A stretch of 64,000 nucleotides of DNA, from positions 672,001 to 736,000 of the forward strand of contig CAWEXO010000013.1 of assembly GCA_963813025.1 (NCBI GenBank), in the 5' to 3' direction. Below, in pieces: positions 20,354-29,887 of the stretch; the first letter of the stretch is position 1; each line of letters starts with the position of its first letter. Under the pieces are notes generated by a model, which saw only the letters and a program-made list of their open reading frames with translations, did not search any database and was not told where the DNA came from. Source of the DNA: an uncultured Verrucomicrobiae bacterium. Lineage in GTDB: Bacteria; Verrucomicrobiota; Verrucomicrobiia; Chthoniobacterales; JAFAMB01. The translations under genes were made by a program, and so were the position numbers.

Positions 20354-20498
20354 GTCCTGTGGCGGTAGGGCGAAAATTTATTCGAGCGCCAGGCGAGAAC
20401 TTGTTTGAGCCATCTGGAGCGGGTGGCTCACCCAAGCGCCTGGCTCAAACAAGTTCTCGCTAAGGCTCGAATAAATTTTCGCCCTACCGCTACAGGAC
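20354..20498. repeat. Long imperfect palindrome (REPIN/MITE-like) with ~58-bp arms and a 28-bp spacer
   Basis: 20354-20412 is the reverse complement of 20441-20498 apart from one substitution and a 4-5 nt patch. Confidence 0.9.
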
Positions 20499-20719
20499 CA
20501 AAGACGCCTTGGGACATGCGTCGAACCTCTCTTCCGAACCATAGCTCGATTGCGCGCTACAGATTGCCCAAAGTCCGACAGAGCCGGCCTCGTCCGTAAC
20601 CCTGGTGGAGACGCCTGGCGCAGTGCGATGATCACTCGCCCCTTCGAGGTTCTCTTTCTGGTGAAAATGACGTCGGCACCGTGCGTTTGATAGCCTGGAA
20701 GACTATCCTACGAGCCGTC

Positions 20720-22141
20720 TCAAGACCTGGTCTGGTCAAAAACCATGAGCTCCAGGCGTTGATTGGCTTCCGGATTTTGAGACGAGGGCCCAACAATGAG
20801 CATGACCTGTTTGCAAGGTAGCCCTAGCTCAGAGAGAAGATGCCAGGCATAACTCCGCCAATCAGTCGGTTCCTCTTTTAGATCTGCTGGATACACTCCA
20901 TAAGAAAACGCCAAATCTTGCATAACAGCAGGCTCGGGACCCACTGCGGCAACCCAGACCGGCGCTCTCCACCGCGCTACCGCCCGCGCGGTTCTTCCCT
21001 CGCGGGTCGGTACCAAAACCGCGTCGCAAGGAACCATTTCCAGAGCGCGCTCGACCAACATGGCCCTCGGGTTGGAAAGAATATCCGTGGCGTCCTTCCG
21101 CATCGTCAGGGGCATCCGGGTGCCGTGGATTTCCGTGAAGGCGGCGATCTTCGCCAACATCGTGACTGCTTCCTCGGGAAACTTGCCGGTCGCCGATTCG
21201 CCGGAAAGCATGACACAATCGGTGCCATCCAGAATGGCATTGGCCACGTCGGTGGCTTCTGCTCGGGTCGGGAGCCGACTTGTGGTCATCGATTCCAGCA
21301 TCTGCGTGGCAGTAATGACCGGTTTGCCGGCCAGGTTCGCCTTGGCAATGAGCCGCTTTTGCAGAACCGCCATTTCCTCAATCGGCACCTCCACGCCGAG
21401 GTCACCGCGCGCGATCATGATGCCATCCGCGGCTGCCAAAATTTCATCAAAACGCTCGATAGCCTCATGGCGCTCGATCTTCGCGATAAGAAAGGGGTTT
21501 TTGCCAAAGGCGCTAGCGGCGCTCCGCACCGCCGCGATGTCGGCACTACTTTCCACGAACGACTGACTGATGGCATCAACACCGTGCGCGAGCGCGAATT
21601 CGAGGCATTTGCGGTCGTGCTCGGTAAAGGCGGAGATGCCGAGATCGATGCGCGGAAGATTAAGGCCCTTGCGTGAGCGAAGTTCGCCGCCGACAGCCAC
21701 CGTGCAATGCACTTCCTTGCCTTCGGCCCGATCCACCAGAAGTTGCACCAATCCGTCGTTCAGAAACAGGCGATCACCGGGTTTCACGACGCGGGGCAGT
21801 GGCTCGAAACTCATGGAGACCCGTCGCTCGTTACCGGTAATGTTCTCGCTGGTGAGAATGAAAGTGTCGCCGACGTCGAGATGGATCGGGTCAGGATCAA
21901 TCGTTCCCAATCGCATTTTGGGTCCGGGAAGATCAGCCATGATCGTGACCCGCCGGCCGCAGGCCTGCGAAGCGGCCCGGATCCGGGTGATGAGATTCGC
22001 GTGTTGATCGAAACTGCCGTGCGAGAAGTTGAGCCGTGCGATATTCAGGCCGGCTCGGATAAGGCGTTCCAGCATTGCCGGCGAGTCTGACGCCGGACCG
22101 ATCGTAGCAACGATTTTGGTTTTATGGTCGGATAATTTCAT
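20720..22141 (-). CDS. pyk: Pyruvate kinase
   Basis: KTKIVATIGPAS, RLNFSHG, DLPGPK, AKIE, ARGDLGVE, ATQMLESM, MLSGES. Confidence 0.96.
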   Translation of the reverse strand: MKLSDHKTKIVATIGPASDSPAMLERLIRAGLNIARLNFSHGSFDQHANLITRIRAASQACGRRVTIMADLPGPKMRLGTIDPDPIHLDVGDTFILTSENITGNERRVSMSFEPLPRVVKPGDRLFLNDGLVQLLVDRAEGKEVHCTVAVGGELRSRKGLNLPRIDLGISAFTEHDRKCLEFALAHGVDAISQSFVESSADIAAVRSAASAFGKNPFLIAKIERHEAIERFDEILAAADGIMIARGDLGVEVPIEEMAVLQKRLIAKANLAGKPVITATQMLESMTTSRLPTRAEATDVANAILDGTDCVMLSGESATGKFPEEAVTMLAKIAAFTEIHGTRMPLTMRKDATDILSNPRAMLVERALEMVPCDAVLVPTREGRTARAVARWRAPVWVAAVGPEPAVMQDLAFSYGVYPADLKEEPTDWRSYAWHLLSELGLPCKQVMLIVGPSSQNPEANQRLELMVFDQTRS

Positions 22142-22217
22142 AGTCGCTCGTGCCCGGATTTGGTAGTAAGACATGCTCAGCCGAGCGGCCAGCAAAATCC
22201 GACTGAGGAGAAAACGG

Positions 22218-22709
22218 TTAGCCGTACCGCTCTTGCGGTGGTCGGACACGCTGAGACGCCGATTCGCGATGCCCGGTAGCTCGTACGAGTTCGCCAACTC
22301 GTCCAAGTCCGAAAGAAGGCATATTGTGATAAATGCTCTCGTACTGTCCTTCCGCGATCAGGTAGGTTTCATGCCAGATGCCCACATCGCCGCTGTCACC
22401 GATATTCTGGCGGAAGCGGGTCCAGGCAGGCAAATGGGCTAGATCAGACTGTTTCGCATATCCGGTGAGAGCCTCAAAGGATCGCCAGTATTGAAGAAGC
22501 AAGATGGTTCTTCCGAACCACACGTGGCCGCCCATAAATCCGAGATCGGGCTGGCGCCGAAGTTCGACCAACATCTTTGGCATGGCCAGGAACACCGGCA
22601 ACCACTTGTGCAGGTTCCATGCGCGATTGATGCGCATACCGATGAGAAAGACGCAAAAAGACTTCTCCATCCGGGCTGTCATGCGTTCAGGTATAACCAT
22701 GGTGATCAT
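22218..22709 (-). CDS. DUF4188 family protein
   Basis: VFLIGMRIN, QYWRSFE, HLPAW, GIWHETY, YHNMP. Confidence 0.85.
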   Translation of the reverse strand: MITMVIPERMTARMEKSFCVFLIGMRINRAWNLHKWLPVFLAMPKMLVELRRQPDLGFMGGHVWFGRTILLLQYWRSFEALTGYAKQSDLAHLPAWTRFRQNIGDSGDVGIWHETYLIAEGQYESIYHNMPSFGLGRVGELVRATGHRESASQRVRPPQERYG

Positions 22710-22762
22710 TGTCTCCTTGAAATTAATTCTTCGATTTGCGGGCCAAAACCCCTCATCGCGCT

Positions 22763-22815
22763 ATGTGGACATTGGCAACATTAAATTGAACAAGGATGTT
22801 GTTGGTGTCAACATC
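22763..22815. promoter_or_regulatory. Two putative TetR operators (consensus ATGTTGACAnTGTCAACAT-like)
   Basis: atgtggacattggcaacat (22763-22781) and atgttgttggtgtcaacat (22796-22814) between the divergent DUF4188 and TetR genes. Confidence 0.6.
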
Positions 22816-22835
22816 TTTGGTTACGCTGACCAACA

Positions 22836-23531
22836 ATGTCCCCGAAGCGCTCCTATCATCATGGAAATCTCCGACAAGCCTTGCTGCACGCCGGTGTGGC
22901 GCTGATTCAGGAGGTTGGACCTCAGAACTTTACAATCCGAGAGGTGGCTCGCCGGGCTGGAGTTTCCCACAACGCGCCGTACCGTCACTTTCGAGATAAG
23001 GAGAAGTTGCTCGAAGCGATCGCCGTCGAAGGCTTTGAGCGGCTCACCGCCGCGATGAAGGAGCGGGCGGCTCCAGGCCGGACGGCGGCCGAACGTTTGG
23101 CGCTGTGCGGCTGCGGTTATGTCGACTTTGCCTTGCACTGGCCACAGCACTTCCTGGTCATGTTTGATCTGCCTGCCCGCGCTCTGACCAAGGACGAGCC
23201 GGCCGGCAAAAATGCCTTTCAAACCCTCCTCACGTTTATCGTCGAATCGCAGAAAGAGGCTGCCTTGCCCGCTGGAGATCCGCATCGCCTGGCACTAATG
23301 GCGTGGTCAGTGGTGCATGGTATCGCAAAGCTGGCGATCACCGGAAATCTGCCCTACACCCCAAAAGGGGTACTTGATTTCACGCAATGCGCTTCCGAGG
23401 CTTTCGTGATCGGGATGGCCAATTTGCAACGGACCCGGCGCGTTCACTCGCCCGCAATGAAGAGAAAGAAGGACAGGTCAAACAGCCGAAGCCTCATTCG
23501 GAGATCGGAAGCGAGAGATACCGCGCTATGA
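22836..23531 (+). CDS. TetR/AcrR family regulator (WHG-type C-terminal domain)
   Basis: YHHGNLRQALL, REVARRAGVSHNAPYRHF, WSVVHG. Confidence 0.92.
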   Translation: MSPKRSYHHGNLRQALLHAGVALIQEVGPQNFTIREVARRAGVSHNAPYRHFRDKEKLLEAIAVEGFERLTAAMKERAAPGRTAAERLALCGCGYVDFALHWPQHFLVMFDLPARALTKDEPAGKNAFQTLLTFIVESQKEAALPAGDPHRLALMAWSVVHGIAKLAITGNLPYTPKGVLDFTQCASEAFVIGMANLQRTRRVHSPAMKRKKDRSNSRSLIRRSEARDTAL

Positions 23532-23608
23532 GCTTGAAATGAGGCACCCTCGCCGATATGTAAAGCTGCAGCCGGTCCCCGCCTGCCCGAGAGTACAGGG
23601 TTTCCGTC

Positions 23609-24421
23609 ATGTCTTACGCGAATGCGTCAATGAAACAACGCTCGTTTGGCGAAACGATGCGGCGTGGCGCATGGTGGGCGCAACCGCTGTGCGTATTTCT
23701 GGGGCTGTCGATGTTTCTCGTATATTCAACCTGGGCTGCATTTCAGGGAACCCATTATTGGCTCGAACAAAATGGCGCCCACTATCTTTCGCCATTGTAT
23801 TCGCCCGAAATTTTCGGCGTTTCGCCGCACGCGATTTTTGGACCGAAACCCGCCTGGTGGCCATTATCGCTGCTATTTTCTCCAGCCCTTTTGGTTCTGT
23901 GGGCGCCCGCCGGTTTCCGGCTCACCTGTTATTACTACCGCGGCGCTTATTACAAAGCGTTTTGGGCGGACCCGCCCGCCTGTGCGGTGGGTGAGCCGCG
24001 AAAGGGATATCTCGGTGAAAATTCTTTTCCGCTCATCATGCAAAACATTCACCGCTACTTCCTTTACCTCGCGCTGCTGTTCATTCTCATTCTCGCGCAC
24101 GATGCGTGGAAAGCGATGTGGTTTACGGACGCATCTGGTTCGAATCATTTCGGCATCGGCGTCGGAACAATCGTGCTCACGTTGAACGTAATCTTGTTGG
24201 GCGGCTACACGTTCGGCTGTCATTCGCTGCGCCATTTGATCGGCGGTTTCCTGGATGAAGTTTCCAAAGCTGCGGTTTGCGCCAGAGGTTACGCCTGCGT
24301 GAGCTGCTTGAATCGCCGCCATATGCTGTGGGCGTGGATGAGTTTGTTTTGGGTCGGTTTCACCGATCTTTATGTACGTCTCTGCGCGATGGGCGTCTGG
24401 CATGATTGGAGGATTATCTAA
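23609..24421 (+). CDS. Succinate dehydrogenase membrane subunit (mycobacterial Sdh1 Rv0249c-like)
   Basis: FRLTCYYYRGAYY, PPACAV, QNIHRY, GCHSLRH; directly upstream of sdhAB. Confidence 0.85.
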   Translation: MSYANASMKQRSFGETMRRGAWWAQPLCVFLGLSMFLVYSTWAAFQGTHYWLEQNGAHYLSPLYSPEIFGVSPHAIFGPKPAWWPLSLLFSPALLVLWAPAGFRLTCYYYRGAYYKAFWADPPACAVGEPRKGYLGENSFPLIMQNIHRYFLYLALLFILILAHDAWKAMWFTDASGSNHFGIGVGTIVLTLNVILLGGYTFGCHSLRHLIGGFLDEVSKAAVCARGYACVSCLNRRHMLWAWMSLFWVGFTDLYVRLCAMGVWHDWRII

Positions 24422-24498
24422 GCGTTTGAATCGTTGACATTCGTTACACTGCTCCTGGCGCTCCCATGTTCTAACCGTTCAATGTTTCGGCGAATCAA

Positions 24499-26325
24499 GT
24501 GGCCAATTACGACACTCTCAAATACGACGTGCTGATCATCGGTGCGGGCGGTGCGGGGTTGCGCTCGGCCATCGAAGCTTCGGCTGCTGGCGTCCGGGTG
24601 GGCTTGGTTTGCAAATCGCTTCTCGGCAAGGCGCATACGGTGATGGCTGAAGGCGGTATCGCCGCGGCGCTGGCCAACGTGGACGATCGGGACAACTGGA
24701 AGGTCCACTTTGCCGACACGATGCGCGGCGGCCAATACGTCAACAACTGGCGCATGGCCGAATTGCACGCTAAGGAAGCACCCGACTGTGTTCGCGAACT
24801 CGAAGCGTGGGGAGCGGTCTTTGACCGCACCCCCGATGGAAGAATTCTTCAACGGAATTTCGGTGGTCATCGCTATCCGCGACTCGCTCACGTTGGGGAT
24901 CGGACTGGGTTAGAAATGATTCGCACACTCCAGGACCACGGCATCCATCAGGGGATTGAAGTCCATATGGAGCACACCATTGTCACTTTGCTGAAGGATG
25001 GCGATCGGGTAGTTGGCGCCTTCGGCTACGACCGCGAGCGTGGCCGATTCAAGATTTTCAAGGCCAAAGCCATCGTGCTGGCCACCGGCGGCATTGGTCG
25101 CGCCTATAAAATCACCAGCAATTCCTGGGAATATACCGGTGACGGACAGTCGCTGGCCTATCATGCGGGCGCCGAATTGACGGACATGGAGTATGTCCAA
25201 TTTCACCCGACCGGAATGATTTGGCCGCCGAGTGTCATGGGAATTCTCGTCACTGAAGGCGTGCGCGGCGAAGGCGGCATCTTGTGCAACAAGGACGGCA
25301 AGCGCTTCATGTTCGAGGAGATCCCCGAGAACTACAAATCGCAAACTGCCGACAACCCGGAAGAGGGATGGCGTTATACCCAGGGCGACAAGAATGCTCG
25401 CCGTCCGCCCGAACTTCTCACCCGCGATCACGTCTCGCGCTGCATCATGAACGAAGTCAAAGCCGGCCGGGGCAGTCCCCACGGCGGCGTGTTTCTCGAC
25501 ATTTCGTGGATCAAAGAGAAAATCCCGAACGCGGCGGAACACATCAAGAAGAAGCTCCCGAGCATGTATCACCAGTTCATGCAACTGGCTAACCTCGACA
25601 TTACCAGGGAACCAATGGAAGTCGGTCCTACCACCCATTACATAATGGGCGGCGTGCGGGTCGACCCGGAAACCCAGATGTCCAACGTACCAGGATTGTT
25701 CGCCGCTGGGGAAGTGGCCGCCGGATTACACGGAGCGAATCGGCTTGGCGGAAATTCGTTGTCCGACCTGCTCGTGTTCGGCAAACGCGCAGGCAAATTC
25801 GCCGCTGAATTTGTCCAGGCGCACGACGAAGGACAAATCCACGATAGCCAAATTGAAGACGCCGCACGCGAGGCCCTGGAACCCTTCGATCGCGCTGCTC
25901 GGGCGACCGCCGGCTCCGAAGGCCCTTACCAGGTGCAAAACGATTTGCAGGAAATGATGCAAAGTCTTGTCGGCATCGTGCGGCAGGAGGAGGAAATGGT
26001 TCGCGCGCTCGACGGACTAGGTAAACTTTGGGAACGGTCGCGAAACGTCGCGGTGCCAGGCCATCGCGAATACAATCCCGGCTGGCACACCGCAATTGAT
26101 TTGAAGCATCTGCTCACGGTCTCCGAAGCGATCACCCGCGCGGCGATTGAGCGAAAGGAAAGTCGCGGCGGACATTTCCGCGACGATTTTCCGAATAAGG
26201 ACGCGACGGAAGGCACAATGCGCATCATTCTCCGCAAAGCTGCGGACGGCTCGATGCAGGTGCAGCGCGAGCAGATAACGGAAATGCCGAAGCACTTGAA
26301 GCAGATCATCGAGGAGATGAAGTGA
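24499..26325 (+). CDS. sdhA: Succinate dehydrogenase/fumarate reductase flavoprotein
   Basis: GAGGAG, KAHTVMAEGG (FAD His), QFHPTG, HYIMGG, HGANRLGGNSL. Confidence 0.95.
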   Translation: MANYDTLKYDVLIIGAGGAGLRSAIEASAAGVRVGLVCKSLLGKAHTVMAEGGIAAALANVDDRDNWKVHFADTMRGGQYVNNWRMAELHAKEAPDCVRELEAWGAVFDRTPDGRILQRNFGGHRYPRLAHVGDRTGLEMIRTLQDHGIHQGIEVHMEHTIVTLLKDGDRVVGAFGYDRERGRFKIFKAKAIVLATGGIGRAYKITSNSWEYTGDGQSLAYHAGAELTDMEYVQFHPTGMIWPPSVMGILVTEGVRGEGGILCNKDGKRFMFEEIPENYKSQTADNPEEGWRYTQGDKNARRPPELLTRDHVSRCIMNEVKAGRGSPHGGVFLDISWIKEKIPNAAEHIKKKLPSMYHQFMQLANLDITREPMEVGPTTHYIMGGVRVDPETQMSNVPGLFAAGEVAAGLHGANRLGGNSLSDLLVFGKRAGKFAAEFVQAHDEGQIHDSQIEDAAREALEPFDRAARATAGSEGPYQVQNDLQEMMQSLVGIVRQEEEMVRALDGLGKLWERSRNVAVPGHREYNPGWHTAIDLKHLLTVSEAITRAAIERKESRGGHFRDDFPNKDATEGTMRIILRKAADGSMQVQREQITEMPKHLKQIIEEMK

Positions 26326-27068
26326 AGGCCGCGGTTTTCAAGATCTGGCGCGGCGATGCGAATGGTGGAACTTTCGTGGACTACACTACAGACGTTTCCG
26401 AAGGCATGGTCGTGCTCGACGCCGTTCACAAAATCCAGGCTACGCAGGCCAATGACCTCGCGTGTCGATGGAATTGCAAGGCTGGCAAATGCGGTTCCTG
26501 TTCGGCCGAAATCAATGGCATGCCCAAGCTGATGTGCATGACGCGCCTGGACGATTTACCGCTGGACCAGCCCATGACGATCGAGCCGATGAGGGCCTTT
26601 CCGCGGATTCGGGACTTGGCAACGGACGTTTCGTGGAATTTTCGCGTGAAGAAGAAAATCAAGAAGTTCAAGCCGCGTCCGCCCGACGCGCCGGACGGCA
26701 CCTGGCGCATGGCTCAGGCCGACATTGACCGTGTCCAGGAATTTCGCAAGTGCATCGAATGTTTCCTGTGCCAGGACGTCTGCCATGTCTTGCGTGACCA
26801 TCACAAGCACGAGGAATTCATCGGCCCGCGCTTTCTGGTTTTTGCCGCCGCGCTGGAAATGCATCCGCTCGACACCGAGGACCGGCTGCCGGAACTGAAA
26901 CAAGCCAATGGTATCGGCTACTGCAACATCACGAAATGCTGCACCAAAGTCTGTCCCGAAAACATCACCATCACGGATAACGCGATTATTCCGCTGAAAG
27001 AGCGCGTGGTTGACGAGTTTTATGATCCGTTGGGGAAGTTGTTGAAGCTGATCCGTCCGAAAGCCTGA
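26322..27068 (+). CDS. sdhB: Succinate dehydrogenase iron-sulfur subunit
   Basis: CKAGKCGSC, CIECFLCQDVC, CNITKCCTKVCP. Confidence 0.95.
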   Translation: MKAAVFKIWRGDANGGTFVDYTTDVSEGMVVLDAVHKIQATQANDLACRWNCKAGKCGSCSAEINGMPKLMCMTRLDDLPLDQPMTIEPMRAFPRIRDLATDVSWNFRVKKKIKKFKPRPPDAPDGTWRMAQADIDRVQEFRKCIECFLCQDVCHVLRDHHKHEEFIGPRFLVFAAALEMHPLDTEDRLPELKQANGIGYCNITKCCTKVCPENITITDNAIIPLKERVVDEFYDPLGKLLKLIRPKA

Positions 27069-27080
27069 AAGGAGAAAATT

Positions 27081-27578
27081 GTGTTTGAACTCAAGCGACT
27101 TTCCGAGGAAGCCATCCCGGCGGCCCTGGAAAAAGCACTACGCTATCGCCTGCTCAACGAACCAGCGGAGGCCGAGAGTATTTGCCACGATGTGCTTCAG
27201 ATCGATCCGGAGAACCAGCAGGCGCTGGTCCTTCTGCTTCTTGCCTTGACCGACCGTTTCGCCGAAGGCTACGCCATCGGCGTTACGCAGGCGCAGGAGA
27301 TTCTCTCGCGCCTCCGCGATCCGTATGAGCGTGCTTATTACGCCGGCATCATTTGTGAGCGCCGAGCCAAGGCGCACTTGCAACAGCGCCATCCCGGCTC
27401 CGGCCACAACGCGTACGAATTCCTGCGTGAAGCAATGACCTGGTACGAAAAAGCCGAATCGCTCCGTCCGGCCCGAAACGACGATGCGCTACTACACTGG
27501 AACACCTGCGCCCGGATCATCATGGGCAACCAACTCACGCCTCGGGCCGAGGAGGACGTCGAGATCTCGTTAGAATAG
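27081..27578 (+). CDS. Hypothetical helical (TPR-like) protein co-transcribed with sdh
   Basis: AAAGGAG RBS, 12 bp after the sdhB stop; YRLLNEP..AESIC and YYAGIICERRAK. Confidence 0.75.
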   Translation: MFELKRLSEEAIPAALEKALRYRLLNEPAEAESICHDVLQIDPENQQALVLLLLALTDRFAEGYAIGVTQAQEILSRLRDPYERAYYAGIICERRAKAHLQQRHPGSGHNAYEFLREAMTWYEKAESLRPARNDDALLHWNTCARIIMGNQLTPRAEEDVEISLE

Positions 27579-27806
27579 CAGCAAAAACTCGTTGAGTATG
27601 CCGGACTTGTCCTTGCGCCCGGGACTCAAGAACAACCGCCCGCTTTTTGCAGCATAAGAGGCAAGCGTTCCTGCGGATTGATGACTTGCGCGAGGAATGG
27701 CCGAAGCGTGGTTCTAAAGCCTTGTTCTACCGTCTCACGGTCTCACGAGCATCGGCCGCCTATTGAGTGTAGCGATTTGTTAAAAAGTTGGCCGCAGGTT
27801 GCTCGA

Positions 27807-28791
27807 TTAGCGCCCCGCGACGAGCGCTCCTTGCTCGCCTCGACGCGAGATCAGTTTTTGCAGAACGATGAACACTAAGAGCAGCGCCCCGATCACAATC
27901 TTGGTCCACCAACTATTAAGCGTTCCATTAAAGATGATGATTTGCTGGATTAAGCCGAGAATGAGGACGCCCATCAGTGTCCCTGGAATAAAGCCAACCC
28001 CACCGGTCAGGAGAGTACCTCCAATCACTACGGAGGCAATTGCGTCGAGCTCTAAGCCAACGAAAGAGGCCGGATTGCCCGACTGCATATAGAAAGTTGC
28101 GACAATGCCGCCCAGCGCGGAAAAAAATCGCGGCGAGACCATACGTCGTGATCTTCGTTCGGCCGACCGGCAACCCCATCAGACGCGCGGAGTTCTCGTT
28201 GGATCCAATCGCGTACACGTTCCGCCCGAAGCGGGTGAAACTTGCCAGAAAAGTCCCAATGACAACCGAGCCCAGGAAACACATCGCGGTAAACGGCAGC
28301 ACTGCCTTGGGAGCGACTAAGAACGAGAGCTGAGGCAGCACCTGAGCATAGAACGGGTGCTCGATCCCAATGGACTCAGGGTAGATCACAAAACCCAGTC
28401 CGCGCAGACAGAAGAGACCGGCGAGAGTGACCAGGAATGGGGGCAGTTCGAAAAAGTGAATCAAGCTACCCATGATGGCTCCAGCGGCAGTCCCGATAAA
28501 GAGCGCCAAACCCATCGCCAGGAAAGGATCCCAGCCGATTTGAAGGAGCTTGGCCATCAAAATGCCCACAAACGCGACCATCGAACCGACTGACAGGTCG
28601 ATCCCGCCCGATAAGATGACGAACGACTCTCCCACGGCCGCGACGCCCACGAACGCACTATCATTCAGCAGGTTTACCAACACCCGGGGAGTACCGAAAT
28701 TCGGGTAAAGCAGAGAGCCGGTTCCAAAGACCGCCGCCAAGACCACAGCCGTGGCCAGGAGCGGAATGTACTTAGGGTTTAGGCGAGTCAT
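27807..28791 (-). CDS. yjfF: Sugar ABC permease YjfF-like, frameshift at the A run ~28121-28127
   Basis: GGIDLSVG, FGRNVYAIG, ELDAIASVVIGGT across two frames. Confidence 0.85.
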
Positions 28792-29887
28792 GCGGCGTCA
28801 CGGTAGATAGAAGCTTCGGAACCCGGCAGCCCAACGGTTTCATCATCCTCGCCAACGGCTGAATAACGCGTGAGAATCGCGTTCGGAATGCTTCGCTTTG
28901 GAATAGGCAAACCGCGATGATAACCAACGCTTTCGGCACCGGCGAGATGTCGGAACTCACGTTTCTGGCATACATTGTCGTAGTAAGTGTCTGGATGAAA
29001 AGACCGCCGACAACTGCACCGATCAGATAAAACCGACCTCCCTGCAGTGAGGTGCCGCCAACTACGACCGCGAGGATTGCATCCAACTCCAAGTACAGAC
29101 CAATATTGTTCGCGTCCGCGCTTTTGATATTGGAACACGCGACTAATCCCGCCAGTCCGGCACAAAATCCGGAAAAAGTGTAGACCAGAAATTTGACCTG
29201 CTTTGCATTAATTCCGGAGTAGCGGCTAGCCTCATCGTTATCGCCAACCGACTCGATAAAAAGCCCGAGGGCGGTGCGCCGGACGAGCAGAAAGGTGAGC
29301 CCCAGCATCACGAGAACCAGCGTGAGAGTAAACGGCAAACCGAACAGGTGACCGTTCCCGAGATAGACCATCGTCGGATCAAGAAAGTTAATGATCTGGC
29401 CTTCCGTGATCAGTTGGGCGACGCCGCGTCCCGCCACCATCAATACCAGGGTCGCGACGATCGGCTGGATACCGAATCCCGCGACCAGGATCCCATTCCA
29501 GGCTCCCGCCAAAATAGAGATAACCAGGGCAACCGCGATCGCTATGCCAGCGGGTTGATGCTCGGTTACGAGCAAACGGGACGAAACCGCCGCGGAAATG
29601 GCCATCACCGCGCCGACTGAAAGATCAACCCCACCAGTGGCGATCACTAAAACCATCCCGAGCGATAAAAGCATTACTTTGGCTCCTTGATTGAGCACAT
29701 CTATCCGGGAACCGTACAAATGGCCGTCGAGCACCTGAAGGTGAAAAAATCCAGGAGTAAAAAACTGATTAAAAAGCAGAAGTAATCCGAGCGCACCAAC
29801 CGTCCAGAAGATCCTTTGGCCGCGTAAGAAAAATAAAATGGAGCCAAAGGCAATCCAGAACAGAAGATCAGAAGACCAGTCGATCAT
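28772..29887 (-). CDS. ytfT: Sugar ABC permease YtfT-like
   Basis: GGVDLSVGA, QPIVATL, ADANNIGLYLELDAI. Confidence 0.88.
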   Translation of the reverse strand: MIDWSSDLLFWIAFGSILFFLRGQRIFWTVGALGLLLLFNQFFTPGFFHLQVLDGHLYGSRIDVLNQGAKVMLLSLGMVLVIATGGVDLSVGAVMAISAAVSSRLLVTEHQPAGIAIAVALVISILAGAWNGILVAGFGIQPIVATLVLMVAGRGVAQLITEGQIINFLDPTMVYLGNGHLFGLPFTLTLVLVMLGLTFLLVRRTALGLFIESVGDNDEASRYSGINAKQVKFLVYTFSGFCAGLAGLVACSNIKSADANNIGLYLELDAILAVVVGGTSLQGGRFYLIGAVVGGLFIQTLTTTMYARNVSSDISPVPKALVIIAVCLFQSEAFRTRFSRVIQPLARMMKPLGCRVPKLLSTVTPHDSPKP

